From: Clostridia bacterium | Lineage (GTDB): Bacteria; Bacillota; Clostridia; Christensenellales; UBA1242 | Assembly (NCBI GenBank): GCA_017541375.1 | Contig: JAFXZE010000005.1 | Location: forward strand, 213,919 to 245,918 | DNA: 32,000 nt | Direction: 5' to 3' | Shown: piece after piece, positions 20,744 to 30,150 of the stretch | How the letters are laid out: each line of letters begins with the position of its first letter | Position numbering within the stretch: position 1 is the stretch's first letter | Notes under the pieces: generated by a model | What the model was told of the DNA's origin: nothing | Databases searched by the model: none | The model's input: only the letters and a program-made list of their open reading frames with translations | Position numbers and translations under genes: made by a program

Positions 20744-22540
20744 CTAATTTGCTTTTTTCCTTCTAATGAATGCAAAATATATCACTAATCCAACAATTAC
20801 TATTCCAGCTCCCACACCTACGATTATCCAAACAACTCCGTTTGAAGTAGGTTCATCTTCTAGCATAACCAAGTAATCAGTAAATTTTGTCATATTAAAT
20901 ACCATTTTGTTGTCAACAACAGTGGCTTTAGTGTCTACCGTGTTACCAAATACATCGGTAGAATAAACCTTCAGCACTTTCCCTGCAGGAATTTCAAAGT
21001 CGAGAGGGATAGTTGCTACTATTGTTCCCTCGTTTACCTCATCTATAGGCAGTCTTATTTCTTCATCAATAAAATCATTAACATTTATAGTTATTACTTT
21101 TTTCAAACTATTGCTTTGAGTTTTACCACTTTCATCTTTTGATTGATAATTGGTTACATCAAACAAAAATTCAACATAAGAGTGTAGTCCTATAGTTTTT
21201 ACAGCATTGTTATCAAATTCAAATTTCCAATCTCCATAGTTTACTGTTACTTCTCTATTCACTATGTATGCTGGATGAAAAATATTTGTAGTGTATTCTA
21301 CCTGCTCAAATGAAAAGTTTTCTACATACACATCGTCTGTCCATTTAGGTTTTATCTCAACGTTATCATTCACATAAATATCTCTACCCGGAGCAAATTC
21401 AACCTCTTCATCACTGTTACCAAATTTAATAGACCATTTGTCAAATCTTTTCCCCTCTGGAGCAGTAAAGCCACAACTTATCAATCTATATATACCATGC
21501 GCATCTGTTTTATTGAAACTTGCCATACTTCCACTACCACCATTAGCATCATATGTAATACTAAATACTGGATTTACTTCTATCTCTAACTCGCCTAAGA
21601 CATCATTTCCTAAAGCATCTTTGCATTTAATATATATTATGACATCCTCTACTGTATTAAATACATAAGGATTCGCAGAAGATATAGAAATTTCTTCCTC
21701 ATCCTCTCCTGTGCCTACAAAGTATTGCACTTCATAGCTGGTGTCAGAGCCAGTATTCCATGTCCATTTATACCTAGAAACACCTTGTGTAGTACCATCA
21801 CTATAAATTATCGTTAGATGTATAAAGTTTGCATAAATAGCATCTCCTAAATACACCTCAACATCTTTGGCTATATTCCTATTTCTATATTCAGCGAATA
21901 ATGAATCAACTTTTATAACCTTTACTTCCATAGTTGCTTCAACAATCTTAGAATTATCACTATCATCATAATGATATGTAACTGTTATGTTTATAGGAGT
22001 GTCACTCACCATATCCTCTGTAAAAGATTCATTAAAAAATGGGTTGAATGAATTACTATTCATCGAATAAGTAACCCTTTCGTTTGTTGCAGCAATAGGT
22101 TGTTCATTCTTATTACCATCTCTAAATGTCAGCCTTATATATTCACTATTAAGTATTTCACCCAATACTACCTTACCACCGTTATATGTATATGTAGCAG
22201 ATAGTTTTTCTTGCCACACAGCATAAAAACTCATATTTTCTGAAGGTGTGATACTTGCACCTAACTCGTATGTAGTGCTTCCTGAACTCCAGCCTTTTAA
22301 ATCACCTTCAGGTATACCCGATACTGTGGTAGGTAAAGTAGTCGGCTCCCCTATTTCTACAGTTTGCTGCATAACTGGAGCTATATCTTCACCCCCCTCC
22401 GCCTCAAGATAGAAACTTAGTGTACAAGAAGTTGTATCCGCTCTGACGGGAGTAGATATTCCACCAAGCAACATTCCGCCAAACATCAAAACTAGCGCCA
22501 TAATACCAATTAAGACGATATTATTATATTTCGTTTGCAT
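20744..22540 (-). CDS. Surface protein with Listeria/Bacteroides-type (Flg_new, InlB B-repeat-like) repeats and a C-terminal TM anchor
   Basis: The track starts at TTG 22552. The ATG at 22540 (MQTKYNN) follows GGAGGA-CTAT. There is an N-terminal signal/TM segment. Repeats include TLSFYLEAEGGE...LKGWSSGSTTYELGASITPSENMSFYAVW and FSITYDANGGSGSM...RFDKWSI. The C-terminus is VWIIVGVGAGIVIVGLVIYFAFIRRKK. Confidence 0.75.
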   Translation of the reverse strand: MQTKYNNIVLIGIMALVLMFGGMLLGGISTPVRADTTSCTLSFYLEAEGGEDIAPVMQQTVEIGEPTTLPTTVSGIPEGDLKGWSSGSTTYELGASITPSENMSFYAVWQEKLSATYTYNGGKVVLGEILNSEYIRLTFRDGNKNEQPIAATNERVTYSMNSNSFNPFFNESFTEDMVSDTPINITVTYHYDDSDNSKIVEATMEVKVIKVDSLFAEYRNRNIAKDVEVYLGDAIYANFIHLTIIYSDGTTQGVSRYKWTWNTGSDTSYEVQYFVGTGEDEEEISISSANPYVFNTVEDVIIYIKCKDALGNDVLGELEIEVNPVFSITYDANGGSGSMASFNKTDAHGIYRLISCGFTAPEGKRFDKWSIKFGNSDEEVEFAPGRDIYVNDNVEIKPKWTDDVYVENFSFEQVEYTTNIFHPAYIVNREVTVNYGDWKFEFDNNAVKTIGLHSYVEFLFDVTNYQSKDESGKTQSNSLKKVITINVNDFIDEEIRLPIDEVNEGTIVATIPLDFEIPAGKVLKVYSTDVFGNTVDTKATVVDNKMVFNMTKFTDYLVMLEDEPTSNGVVWIIVGVGAGIVIVGLVIYFAFIRRKKAN

Positions 22541-22715
22541 ATAGTCCTCCAATTTTATAAATTATGTTTTATATTATACCATAAGTTTTTACAATTTGTC
22601 TTAATTTTAACTACAAATTTTAAAAAAAACACAAACTTTTACAAAAAATTAACAATTTTTGATACTTTACAGTGCTTTTTATATAAAATTTCACATAAAA
22701 ATCTCCAAACAAAAT

Positions 22716-23420
22716 CTATTGCAATAGCGGTTTTATTTTATTAGTCCAAACATCATATCCAACCGCATTAGGGTGTATCCCATCTATGGTATATTCAGGA
22801 TTAATTAGACCATCTTGCGTAACAAAATCAGAATAAATATCCACAAATTGACAATCTCTTTGAGCGGCTAATTGACTAATTTTACTATTCAGGTCGACAA
22901 CTTGCTCATTGGAAATGTAATCCAAAAGTTGTGTTCCCACAGGAAGAACTGACATACAAAAAACTTTTGTTGTTGGCAAATTCTGTTTGATATTAGATAA
23001 AATTGCAGTGTAATTTGCAATTATTTCATCATTTGTCCTACCTAATCCAATATCATTTATACCTATCATAAGTACAACTTTACTTGGAGCTAAATCAATC
23101 AAACTTGTCTGTAGTCTTGCTAGCACGCCTGACGATGTATCGCCATTGATACCTCTATTGTATGTAGCCAAATCTAAATCAGCATAATAATTATCTAACT
23201 TATACCCATCAGTTATCGAATCGCCTATAAATACAATTTGATTTTTAGATAAATTACTATTTTGCACACCAAAAGCCTCACATTTTATTTCGTAATAACT
23301 CTTTTCAGGCTCCTGCTTTAGTTTTTCAAAATTTCCCACTATTATCACCATCACTAATGCAACAAATATTACACAGCACACAGAAACTAACACCCACTCA
23401 CGCGCGCTAAGTTTATTCAT
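22716..23420 (-). CDS. SGNH/GDSL-family hydrolase with an N-terminal membrane anchor
   Basis: Block I is FIGDSITDG, block III is GINDI, and block V is DGIHPN. The RBS is AAGGAGG. Confidence 0.85.
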   Translation of the reverse strand: MNKLSAREWVLVSVCCVIFVALVMVIIVGNFEKLKQEPEKSYYEIKCEAFGVQNSNLSKNQIVFIGDSITDGYKLDNYYADLDLATYNRGINGDTSSGVLARLQTSLIDLAPSKVVLMIGINDIGLGRTNDEIIANYTAILSNIKQNLPTTKVFCMSVLPVGTQLLDYISNEQVVDLNSKISQLAAQRDCQFVDIYSDFVTQDGLINPEYTIDGIHPNAVGYDVWTNKIKPLLQ

Positions 23421-23480
23421 TTCGCCTCCTTACCTTTTTTATCGCTATAAAATATAATCACAGGCAAAAGCCCTAGACAT

Positions 23481-24491
23481 CTAGAGCTTTTTCTTAAATA
23501 CATAACTTCCTTTTACTTGACCACCAAATGAATAGTCACCTGATTTAAACTCCATAATGAGATAATCTCCCTCCTCAAAAGTTTGTAAGTGATACGCACA
23601 AGCTGTTTCATTAGCTTTATCAAGTACCACCCCTTTTGTCCACTCAAGATTTCTCATATCACCATTTTTGTATTCTATAATAAGCTTTCCCTCAGGCTCA
23701 AAAATCAACTTTTTTATCCACAAAGAAATTGGAGCTGGTGATTTTTGTGGAGTAAATATCTCATTACTTCTTACAAAATCAACACTTTCCCAAAAACCTA
23801 TCACAGACTTATCGTTAATAAACGGAAAATTCGTATTGTCTCGAATTCTGATTTGATCTATGGTATATACTTTATCATCTACCTTTTTATAAACTGCAAT
23901 ACAGTCCACATCATCATCATTAAGAGCTCCCACCACACTGACATACATTATTCCATCTTCTATCTCATATGGTAAGGCCCTATCCTTTAAATACAAAGTT
24001 CCCTTGGTCCAACTAAAAACCCAATACTCTCCACCTTTTGGCAAAAAGTATATTTCTGGGAAATGAAACCAATCTTCATCCAGTATTTTACCTTGTTTGA
24101 AGTCAGATTTTTCTTTGACTAACCCAATTTGTTGCCATTTCCCTACGACTCTATCATCATCAATAAAACTTTTCATCATAAACTTTTCCCCCTTCTTGCG
24201 AATGGATGAAAGTTTGATTACATCTTGTTTGAGTTTTTGTAATTTTTGCTTTATAGCAACTATTTTTTGAGCAATTACCTCCTCACTTAAATCCCTTATT
24301 TCCTTCAAAGACATGCCCAAATCTTTTAGATAAACAATTTCACTAAGTCGCTTTACACTACTATAGTCGTAATAACGATAATTAGTCCACTGGTCGACCT
24401 CTATAGGACTAATCAACCCTTCACTCTCGTAATAGCGGATAGTCTGAATCGGCACTTTTGTAATGCTCGATAACTCACCAATCTTTATCAT
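23481..24491 (-). CDS. MerR-family transcriptional regulator with an internally duplicated C-terminal domain
   Basis: The N-terminal HTH is IKIGELSSITKVPIQTIRYYESEGLISP, followed by a coiled coil. Two similar modules follow (VGKWQQIGLV... and IGFWESVDFV...). I prefer the start at 24491 (RBS AGGAGGAAAGT-ATG), because the track start 24515 would overlap the -10. Confidence 0.85.
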   Translation of the reverse strand: MIKIGELSSITKVPIQTIRYYESEGLISPIEVDQWTNYRYYDYSSVKRLSEIVYLKDLGMSLKEIRDLSEEVIAQKIVAIKQKLQKLKQDVIKLSSIRKKGEKFMMKSFIDDDRVVGKWQQIGLVKEKSDFKQGKILDEDWFHFPEIYFLPKGGEYWVFSWTKGTLYLKDRALPYEIEDGIMYVSVVGALNDDDVDCIAVYKKVDDKVYTIDQIRIRDNTNFPFINDKSVIGFWESVDFVRSNEIFTPQKSPAPISLWIKKLIFEPEGKLIIEYKNGDMRNLEWTKGVVLDKANETACAYHLQTFEEGDYLIMEFKSGDYSFGGQVKGSYVFKKKL

Positions 24492-24513
24492 ACTTTCCTC
24501 CTTCGACATAAGC

Positions 24514-24544
24514 ATTTTATCACTATAGTTAACTATAGAGTCAA
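24514..24544 (-). promoter_or_regulatory. MerR-type promoter/operator with a 19-bp spacer containing a perfect 16-bp palindrome
   Basis: On the minus strand: -35 TTGACT (24544-24539), a 19-nt spacer, and -10 TAAAAT (24519-24514). The palindrome CTATAGTTAACTATAG lies at 24523-24538, inside the spacer. Confidence 0.7.
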
Positions 24545-24596
24545 TACTTTTTTCAAAAATTTTTTAAAAAATTTTGAAAAAGGGAGATTTTACAAA

Positions 24597-25487
24597 TTAT
24601 TTATCAATATCTACTATTTCATACTCGAGTGAACCTAGACCTAGTTTGTGCGCAGTAGTAAGAATGTGTTCACCATTTCGCTCCTTAATACGCTTGATTA
24701 ACGATGCTTTACCCTCATCTTTTGAATTGAAAACAGCATCAACACAAGCTCTATCAAGTGCCACGGGGTCAAGAGATGCAAAAATTCCGATATCAGCCAT
24801 TTCTGGAGCATGTGGATTGCTATCACAGTCACAATCAATGCTTATGTTGTTGGCTACATTGATATAAGCTAATCTACTAGGAGTGAAATAATTGATTACC
24901 CCTTCACAAGCCTCTGCCATGCTCTCTAAAAACGCATTTTGATTTTCCGCAAATGTCCAACAATCTTTTGGATTTTTAGTATTTCCCCAAGAGTGAATCC
25001 AAGCTTTTCCACTACGAGAAGCCACTCCTATACTCAAATTTTTTAGTGCTCCACCAAATCCTCCCATCATATGCCCCTTAAAATGAGACAAAACCAGCAT
25101 GCTTTCATACTTTTTGAGCCTATCGCCCACATAATTTACACCCTTTAAGTGTTTACTATCTTTTACCTCTAATGGCATTTCACCATCTTCATCAAGGATA
25201 TCGCATGGCGCAATATCACTAAATCCATGAGCTTTTATCACCTGCCAATGGTCTGAAGCTCGTTCGCGTTTCCCTGGGTAAGCAGTATTGTTTTCGACAA
25301 TCGTTCCTTTTAGCTTTGACACAAGTGGCTCAATTAGATGTGGGCTAAGATAATAATGCCCCCCCATTTCACCTGTAGAAATCTTCACTGCTACATTTCC
25401 TTCTAACTCTACTCCAAGTGCTTTGTAAATTTTCATTAGCCCCCCACTTGAAATATCTTTTGTAAAATAAACCTTTGACTTACTCAT
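24597..25487 (-). CDS. DUF362 domain protein (uncharacterised Fe-S centre protein family, without the ferredoxin extension)
   Basis: MSKSKVYFT..., SHFKGHMMGGFGGALKNLSIG and a CDCD motif match the DUF362/COG2768-like pattern. The RBS is AGGAGGA. Confidence 0.75.
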   Translation of the reverse strand: MSKSKVYFTKDISSGGLMKIYKALGVELEGNVAVKISTGEMGGHYYLSPHLIEPLVSKLKGTIVENNTAYPGKRERASDHWQVIKAHGFSDIAPCDILDEDGEMPLEVKDSKHLKGVNYVGDRLKKYESMLVLSHFKGHMMGGFGGALKNLSIGVASRSGKAWIHSWGNTKNPKDCWTFAENQNAFLESMAEACEGVINYFTPSRLAYINVANNISIDCDCDSNPHAPEMADIGIFASLDPVALDRACVDAVFNSKDEGKASLIKRIKERNGEHILTTAHKLGLGSLEYEIVDIDK

Positions 25488-25495
25488 TTTTCCTC

Positions 25496-26173
25496 CTAAA
25501 TTACAGTTTTTCCTGAATTGATAAATGTCAAATCTATGATAATAAATGATATGTACACCACAGCTAATACAATGGTAGTTATCAGGCTCGCCTTATAGCC
25601 CTCTACACGATATTTTTTGCTACACAAACCTATAGTAGAAACCACAATAGAGCCGATAATAAGCGCTCCTAACCCTGTAGCAAAATAACCAAATGTGCCC
25701 GCTAAATACTCCTCTGCGTGATTGGCAAAATCCCACAAATTATTGTTTACATTCAAAAACTTAGTCGTAAAATCTCGCCAGCCTTCATTTATCCAGATAA
25801 TTCCTACTGTAAATACTGAAACCAACACCACGACTACAAACCAAATTATATATAAAATCATCGCCGGCACAGTGATTATTAGGGGGGCTAGTATAAATAA
25901 TGCCGAATAAATTACAGCAAGTACTGTAAGCACGACGAAAAGCCGTGACAGGTGCTTTAGCCACGATCGTTTAGGTTTTTCACGCCCTCGTTTATCATAT
26001 TTTACGGTTTCGATTGATTTACTATCTAACACGCCATCAGAAGTTGATATTGAATTTTGTTCACTATCCCCCTCATTTTGTCTGGGAATACTATCATTTT
26101 CATCATATAATCCCGCTTTTTTCGCAAGATATGTCCCTAATTCGGTACTTTTATCTTGTTTGTTTTTTTCCAT
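25496..26173 (-). CDS. Hypothetical multi-pass membrane protein
   Basis: It has a polar N-terminal region of about 75 aa followed by 4-5 hydrophobic helices. I recognise no motif. Confidence 0.6.
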   Translation of the reverse strand: MEKNKQDKSTELGTYLAKKAGLYDENDSIPRQNEGDSEQNSISTSDGVLDSKSIETVKYDKRGREKPKRSWLKHLSRLFVVLTVLAVIYSALFILAPLIITVPAMILYIIWFVVVVLVSVFTVGIIWINEGWRDFTTKFLNVNNNLWDFANHAEEYLAGTFGYFATGLGALIIGSIVVSTIGLCSKKYRVEGYKASLITTIVLAVVYISFIIIDLTFINSGKTVI

Positions 26174-26191
26174 CCTAACCCCCTATTTCAG

Positions 26192-26591
26192 TTAGTATGA
26201 TTTAGCAAAATATGCCTTCACCTTTGCTTTTTTACCACACCATATGCAAGTACAATCTTTCATTTTGCCCTTATTTTCTTCAAATGGAATATTTCTGCTG
26301 TTGGCAGTTGTTGCTTCTTTGATGGATTTTTCACATTCTAACTCACCACACCAATTTGCCTTGATAAACCCCTCTTGGTTGGCTAACTTTTTCTCAAAAT
26401 CCGCTTTGTCCTTAGCCTCTACAATTTTACTCTTCATCCATTTTTCAGCTTTTTCTAGCATGCCCTTCTGAATTTTATCTAGGAGCGCAGTGACTTCTTT
26501 TGCAATGCTCTGCTAACTCCGCTCTTTCTACTACTTCTTGATACCAGTCAGGCAAGTTATCCTTAAAAGAAGGCAATTTCTTGTCACTCAT
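26192..26591 (-). pseudogene. proS: Prolyl-tRNA synthetase (archaeal/eukaryote-like class II type) remnant. Only the N-terminal ~27 codons and the C-terminal ~105 codons are left, joined out of frame.
   Basis: The ATG at 26591 (RBS AGGAGAAACAA) gives MSDKKLPSFKDNLPDWYQEVVERAELAE, then runs out of frame to TAA at 26475-26477. The frame of track ORF 26192..26461 is open from 26512. It reads SIAKEVTALLDKIQKGMLEKAEKW...GFIKANWCGELECEKSIKEATTANSRNIPFE...CIWCGKKAKVKAYFAKSY. That is the ProRS C-terminal zinc domain ending in the canonical terminal Tyr. The whole catalytic core and anticodon-binding domain are missing. Confidence 0.8.
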
Positions 26592-26605
26592 TTGTTTCTC
26601 CTAAA

Positions 26606-27133
26606 TTATTTAATAATACCATTTAAGTATGTCAATGTTTCATTTTCATCGTGAGATAGACATCTACTATTTTTACGCTCTTCCAAATTACCGCGTACTT
26701 TCTCTATCCATTCACGCTTTGTGTTATGATAGTATTCTTTTTGAGTATTTTTAAGAGTTGCGTAAACCGAAATAATTGTCGTATCTTCCCTTATTTGCTC
26801 CATACGCTTACCCGCTCTTAATTCACTGCGAATATTTATGAATCCTTTTCTCACCTTATATAATGTAAGTCCACAGACTTTACATCTACTCACCATCTCT
26901 CCCCGATTTGCCAACAAACTATGCTCATAAAACACAACTCTGTCACCATCAGAATATCTTACCAAGCTATCTAGATAGCCCAAAACTCTCTGTGTGTCGT
27001 TCCACTTTGGGAAATCTTTAATTAATTCCTGTGTATCATGCGTAATAAAACTATTTAACAAGTCTTCACGCCTTTTGCTTTTTATGTAATCTGTTATATC
27101 TCTATTTGATATCAATTCATTTTTTTCTTTCAT
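26606..27133 (-). CDS. Hypothetical protein
   Basis: It is an intact 175-aa ORF with a GAGG RBS. I recognise no motif. Confidence 0.55.
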   Translation of the reverse strand: MKEKNELISNRDITDYIKSKRREDLLNSFITHDTQELIKDFPKWNDTQRVLGYLDSLVRYSDGDRVVFYEHSLLANRGEMVSRCKVCGLTLYKVRKGFINIRSELRAGKRMEQIREDTTIISVYATLKNTQKEYYHNTKREWIEKVRGNLEERKNSRCLSHDENETLTYLNGIIK

Positions 27134-27172
27134 TGTCTAGCCTCTTTAATTATATTATTTTTTATTATTTAT

Positions 27173-29419
27173 CTATACTGGCTTATCTGCCTTTTTTATA
27201 CTAAGGGAAAGGCGTTGTTTTGCTAAATCCACTCCTATTACCCTGACACGCACTCTATCACCTACTGTGAGTACATCGCTTGGGTGCTTGATATAATCAT
27301 CACTAATCTCACTGATATGCACCATTCCATCAGTATGCACTCCCACATCGACAAATACGCCAAAATCAATTACATTTCGCACAACACCATCTAAGTCCAT
27401 ACCTACTTCTAGATTTTCCAGTCCTAAAAGTTCACTACGGAGTACTGGTTGTGGCAAACTATCACGCACATCTCGTCCAGGTTTACTCAGCTCTGTGATG
27501 ATATCGAGTAAGGTAGGAGCACCTATTCCACATGATGATGCCACTTTTTCTACCCCCTCTTCCTCGACTTTTTTACCTAGTAACCCAAGACTGCCATTAC
27601 TCACATCATTTAGGCTAAGTCCGAAGTGATCGAGTAATTTTTTTACCGCCGGATAACTCTCTGGATGCACTGCAGTATTATCAAGGATATTTGTTCCATT
27701 AGGAATGCGCAAGAAACCAGCGCACTGCTCATACGCCTTGGCTCCCAGTTTATTTACCTCGAGTAGCTCTTCACGAGATTTAAACCCATTGTGTGCGTTA
27801 CGATATTTCTCAATCTCGGTTGCTATTCCGCTATTTAGTCCACTGACATGAGTAAGTAGTGGCACTGAGGCGGTATTGAGATCTACCCCCACAGTATTTA
27901 CCGAGTGCTCCACCACCCCATCAAGCACTTCACTGAGGCGTTTTTGTGGCATATCGTGTTGATATTGCCCAACACCAAGTGATTTTGGGTCAATCTTAAT
28001 CAGCTCAGCAAGCGGGTCTTGTAACCTGCGCGCAATAGAAACTGCGCTTCGAATACTCACATCATATTGTGGAAATTCTTTTGCCCCAAGCTTAGATGCA
28101 CTATACACACTGGCCCCACTTTCATTTACCATAGCATATTGTATTTTTCTTGGTTCCAAAGACTTAATCAGCTTGGTGACAAAAATCTCAGCCTCTTTGC
28201 TGGCCGTTCCATTTCCTATTGCAATTGTATCGACATTATTTTTTACAATCATCGCCGACAGTTTCTCGATTGATTCAGCTTCTTTATTTTGTGGTGGAGT
28301 CGGATAAACTACACCAGTATCGAGCACATCCCCACTAGAATTTATTACAGCTATTTTACACCCCGTCCTATAGGCTGGGTCGACTGCCATGATAGTTTTT
28401 CCTTTTAGAGGGGGTTGCATCAAAAGAGGCTCAAGATTCACCTCAAACATTTTGATACTTTGTTCGTTTGCTTTGTCTGTTAGTTCTGTCCTAAACTCAC
28501 GCTCAAGGCTGGGCGCGAGAAGACGAGTATATCCATCCACCACAGCTTGGGCCACAAATGCTGGAGCCGATAGCGTGGTGTAATCGATTGACTTGGGTAA
28601 TTTCAATTTGCTTTGCTCATCAAATTCGGGTAAATAAGCCTCGCTTTCACCATGCACAAATTGCTTAAATAGCGAGTTAAATACCCGAGTAAGACCGTTT
28701 TTGTCGAGATTTAATCCAACCTTTAGCGCGCCCTCTTTCTCTCCACGATTGAAGGCAAGCACTCTGTGTGGTGGTATATTTTTGATAATTTGGTGAAACG
28801 ATGTGTAATTTTCATAAACCTTACGATCGTCTTTATCCTCTTTCCACTCGGTGTCGATGCTTGCTCGAGGCCAATATAGCACACGGAGTGCTTTTCTCGC
28901 AGTGGGGTCATCAGCCACCACTTCGGCTATGATATCACTAGCTCCAGCCAAAGCGGATTGAGTATCGGCTATACCCTTTTCTTCATTGATAAAAGATTTG
29001 GCAATTTCAGATAAATCTAAATTGTCTGTTTGTTTGAGTATCTCATCAGCAAGGGGCTGTAAGCCCGCCGCAATAGCCACACTCGCCCTTGTCTTTCGCT
29101 TCGGTCTAAAGGGGCGATAGATATCCTCAATCTCTGTCAGTGTTACAGCATCATCTATCTCTTTACTCAGTTCTGGCGTAAGATTGCCTTGCTCAGTTAA
29201 TAGCTTTACCACTTCAGCTTTTCGATCATTTAAGTTGCGTAAATACGACAACGAATCAGCAAATTCTCGAATCGTCTGGTCATCACAACTACCGTGCATT
29301 TCCTTTCGATATCTCGCAATAAAGGGAATAGTACAACCTTCATCTATTAAGTTTATCAAGTTCTGCGCATATATAGGCTTTAGATTAAATTTTCCTGCTA
29401 AAACATTTGAAATTTCCAT
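27173..29419 (-). CDS. tex: Tex-family transcription accessory protein (YqgF/HhH/S1 domains)
   Basis: The N-terminus TIPFIARYRKE, the RuvC/YqgF-like core AVDPAYRTGCK, an HhH region, and the C-terminal S1 domain GVVRNVIDFGVFVDVGVHTDGMVHISE are all present. Confidence 0.92.
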   Translation of the reverse strand: MEISNVLAGKFNLKPIYAQNLINLIDEGCTIPFIARYRKEMHGSCDDQTIREFADSLSYLRNLNDRKAEVVKLLTEQGNLTPELSKEIDDAVTLTEIEDIYRPFRPKRKTRASVAIAAGLQPLADEILKQTDNLDLSEIAKSFINEEKGIADTQSALAGASDIIAEVVADDPTARKALRVLYWPRASIDTEWKEDKDDRKVYENYTSFHQIIKNIPPHRVLAFNRGEKEGALKVGLNLDKNGLTRVFNSLFKQFVHGESEAYLPEFDEQSKLKLPKSIDYTTLSAPAFVAQAVVDGYTRLLAPSLEREFRTELTDKANEQSIKMFEVNLEPLLMQPPLKGKTIMAVDPAYRTGCKIAVINSSGDVLDTGVVYPTPPQNKEAESIEKLSAMIVKNNVDTIAIGNGTASKEAEIFVTKLIKSLEPRKIQYAMVNESGASVYSASKLGAKEFPQYDVSIRSAVSIARRLQDPLAELIKIDPKSLGVGQYQHDMPQKRLSEVLDGVVEHSVNTVGVDLNTASVPLLTHVSGLNSGIATEIEKYRNAHNGFKSREELLEVNKLGAKAYEQCAGFLRIPNGTNILDNTAVHPESYPAVKKLLDHFGLSLNDVSNGSLGLLGKKVEEEGVEKVASSCGIGAPTLLDIITELSKPGRDVRDSLPQPVLRSELLGLENLEVGMDLDGVVRNVIDFGVFVDVGVHTDGMVHISEISDDYIKHPSDVLTVGDRVRVRVIGVDLAKQRLSLSIKKADKPV

Positions 29420-29440
29420 AATTTTTTCCTCTCGTTTTTG

Positions 29441-30139
29441 TTATTCTGGTAGATAAATAATTCGATGACAATTCTCACATTCTATCATATGATTTTTTTT
29501 GAGTATATCAAGTCTTGCATTTGGTACTTGTACTGCACATATTCCACACGAATTGTTTATTAATGGTACTAAAATTGGGTATTTATGCTCATCACGCATC
29601 TTTTTATACTTGTCAATATACACTGGGTCTATACCTTTTTCTAGCTCAAATAATTCTTGTTTCACTTTTCGAATATTATCATTTTGTTTACTAGCAAATT
29701 CGTTATATTTAGCTATGCTATCATCATATTTTTTCTTACTTTCCACCCCTTGAGCGCGGGTTTTTTCAAATTCATTTAGCTTTTGGATAATCTTTTTGCT
29801 TAGCGCTGTAATGCTTTTCTTCAGTCCTATCACATCACTTATTTGCTTAGCAACAGAATTATTTTCTTCACGAAGTTCAAAGGCGTTCATTTCTTTGATT
29901 TCCTTATCTTTTAACTCTGCTACGCACTTCTTTTCCTTTTCATACACCTCGACCAAGCGTTTGTATTCAGCTATCAAATCCCCAGCCGTCTTTTCTATAT
30001 GAATGAGGTGATTTTGAGCCTCACGAACTAAACGCACCATACCATTTACAGTACCTTTACAGTCACTATTTTCCAAATCTTTCTCAATTTTTACAAGTTT
30101 GGAGTCCACTTTTTGATATTCTAACAATTTGTTTAACAT
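29441..30139 (-). CDS. COG1579-type coiled-coil protein with a C-terminal C4 zinc ribbon
   Basis: A long coiled coil is followed by CGICAVQVP...CENCHRIIY. Confidence 0.75.
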   Translation of the reverse strand: MLNKLLEYQKVDSKLVKIEKDLENSDCKGTVNGMVRLVREAQNHLIHIEKTAGDLIAEYKRLVEVYEKEKKCVAELKDKEIKEMNAFELREENNSVAKQISDVIGLKKSITALSKKIIQKLNEFEKTRAQGVESKKKYDDSIAKYNEFASKQNDNIRKVKQELFELEKGIDPVYIDKYKKMRDEHKYPILVPLINNSCGICAVQVPNARLDILKKNHMIECENCHRIIYLPE

Positions 30140-30150
30140 GTCTTCACCCC

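Noticed and set aside
26192-26461. The 89-aa track ORF as an independent small zinc-binding protein
   Set aside because: Its frame is open upstream to 26512 and continues the ProRS C-terminal domain. It has no usable RBS (AAGGG only 1 nt from the ATG). I interpret it as part of the proS remnant.
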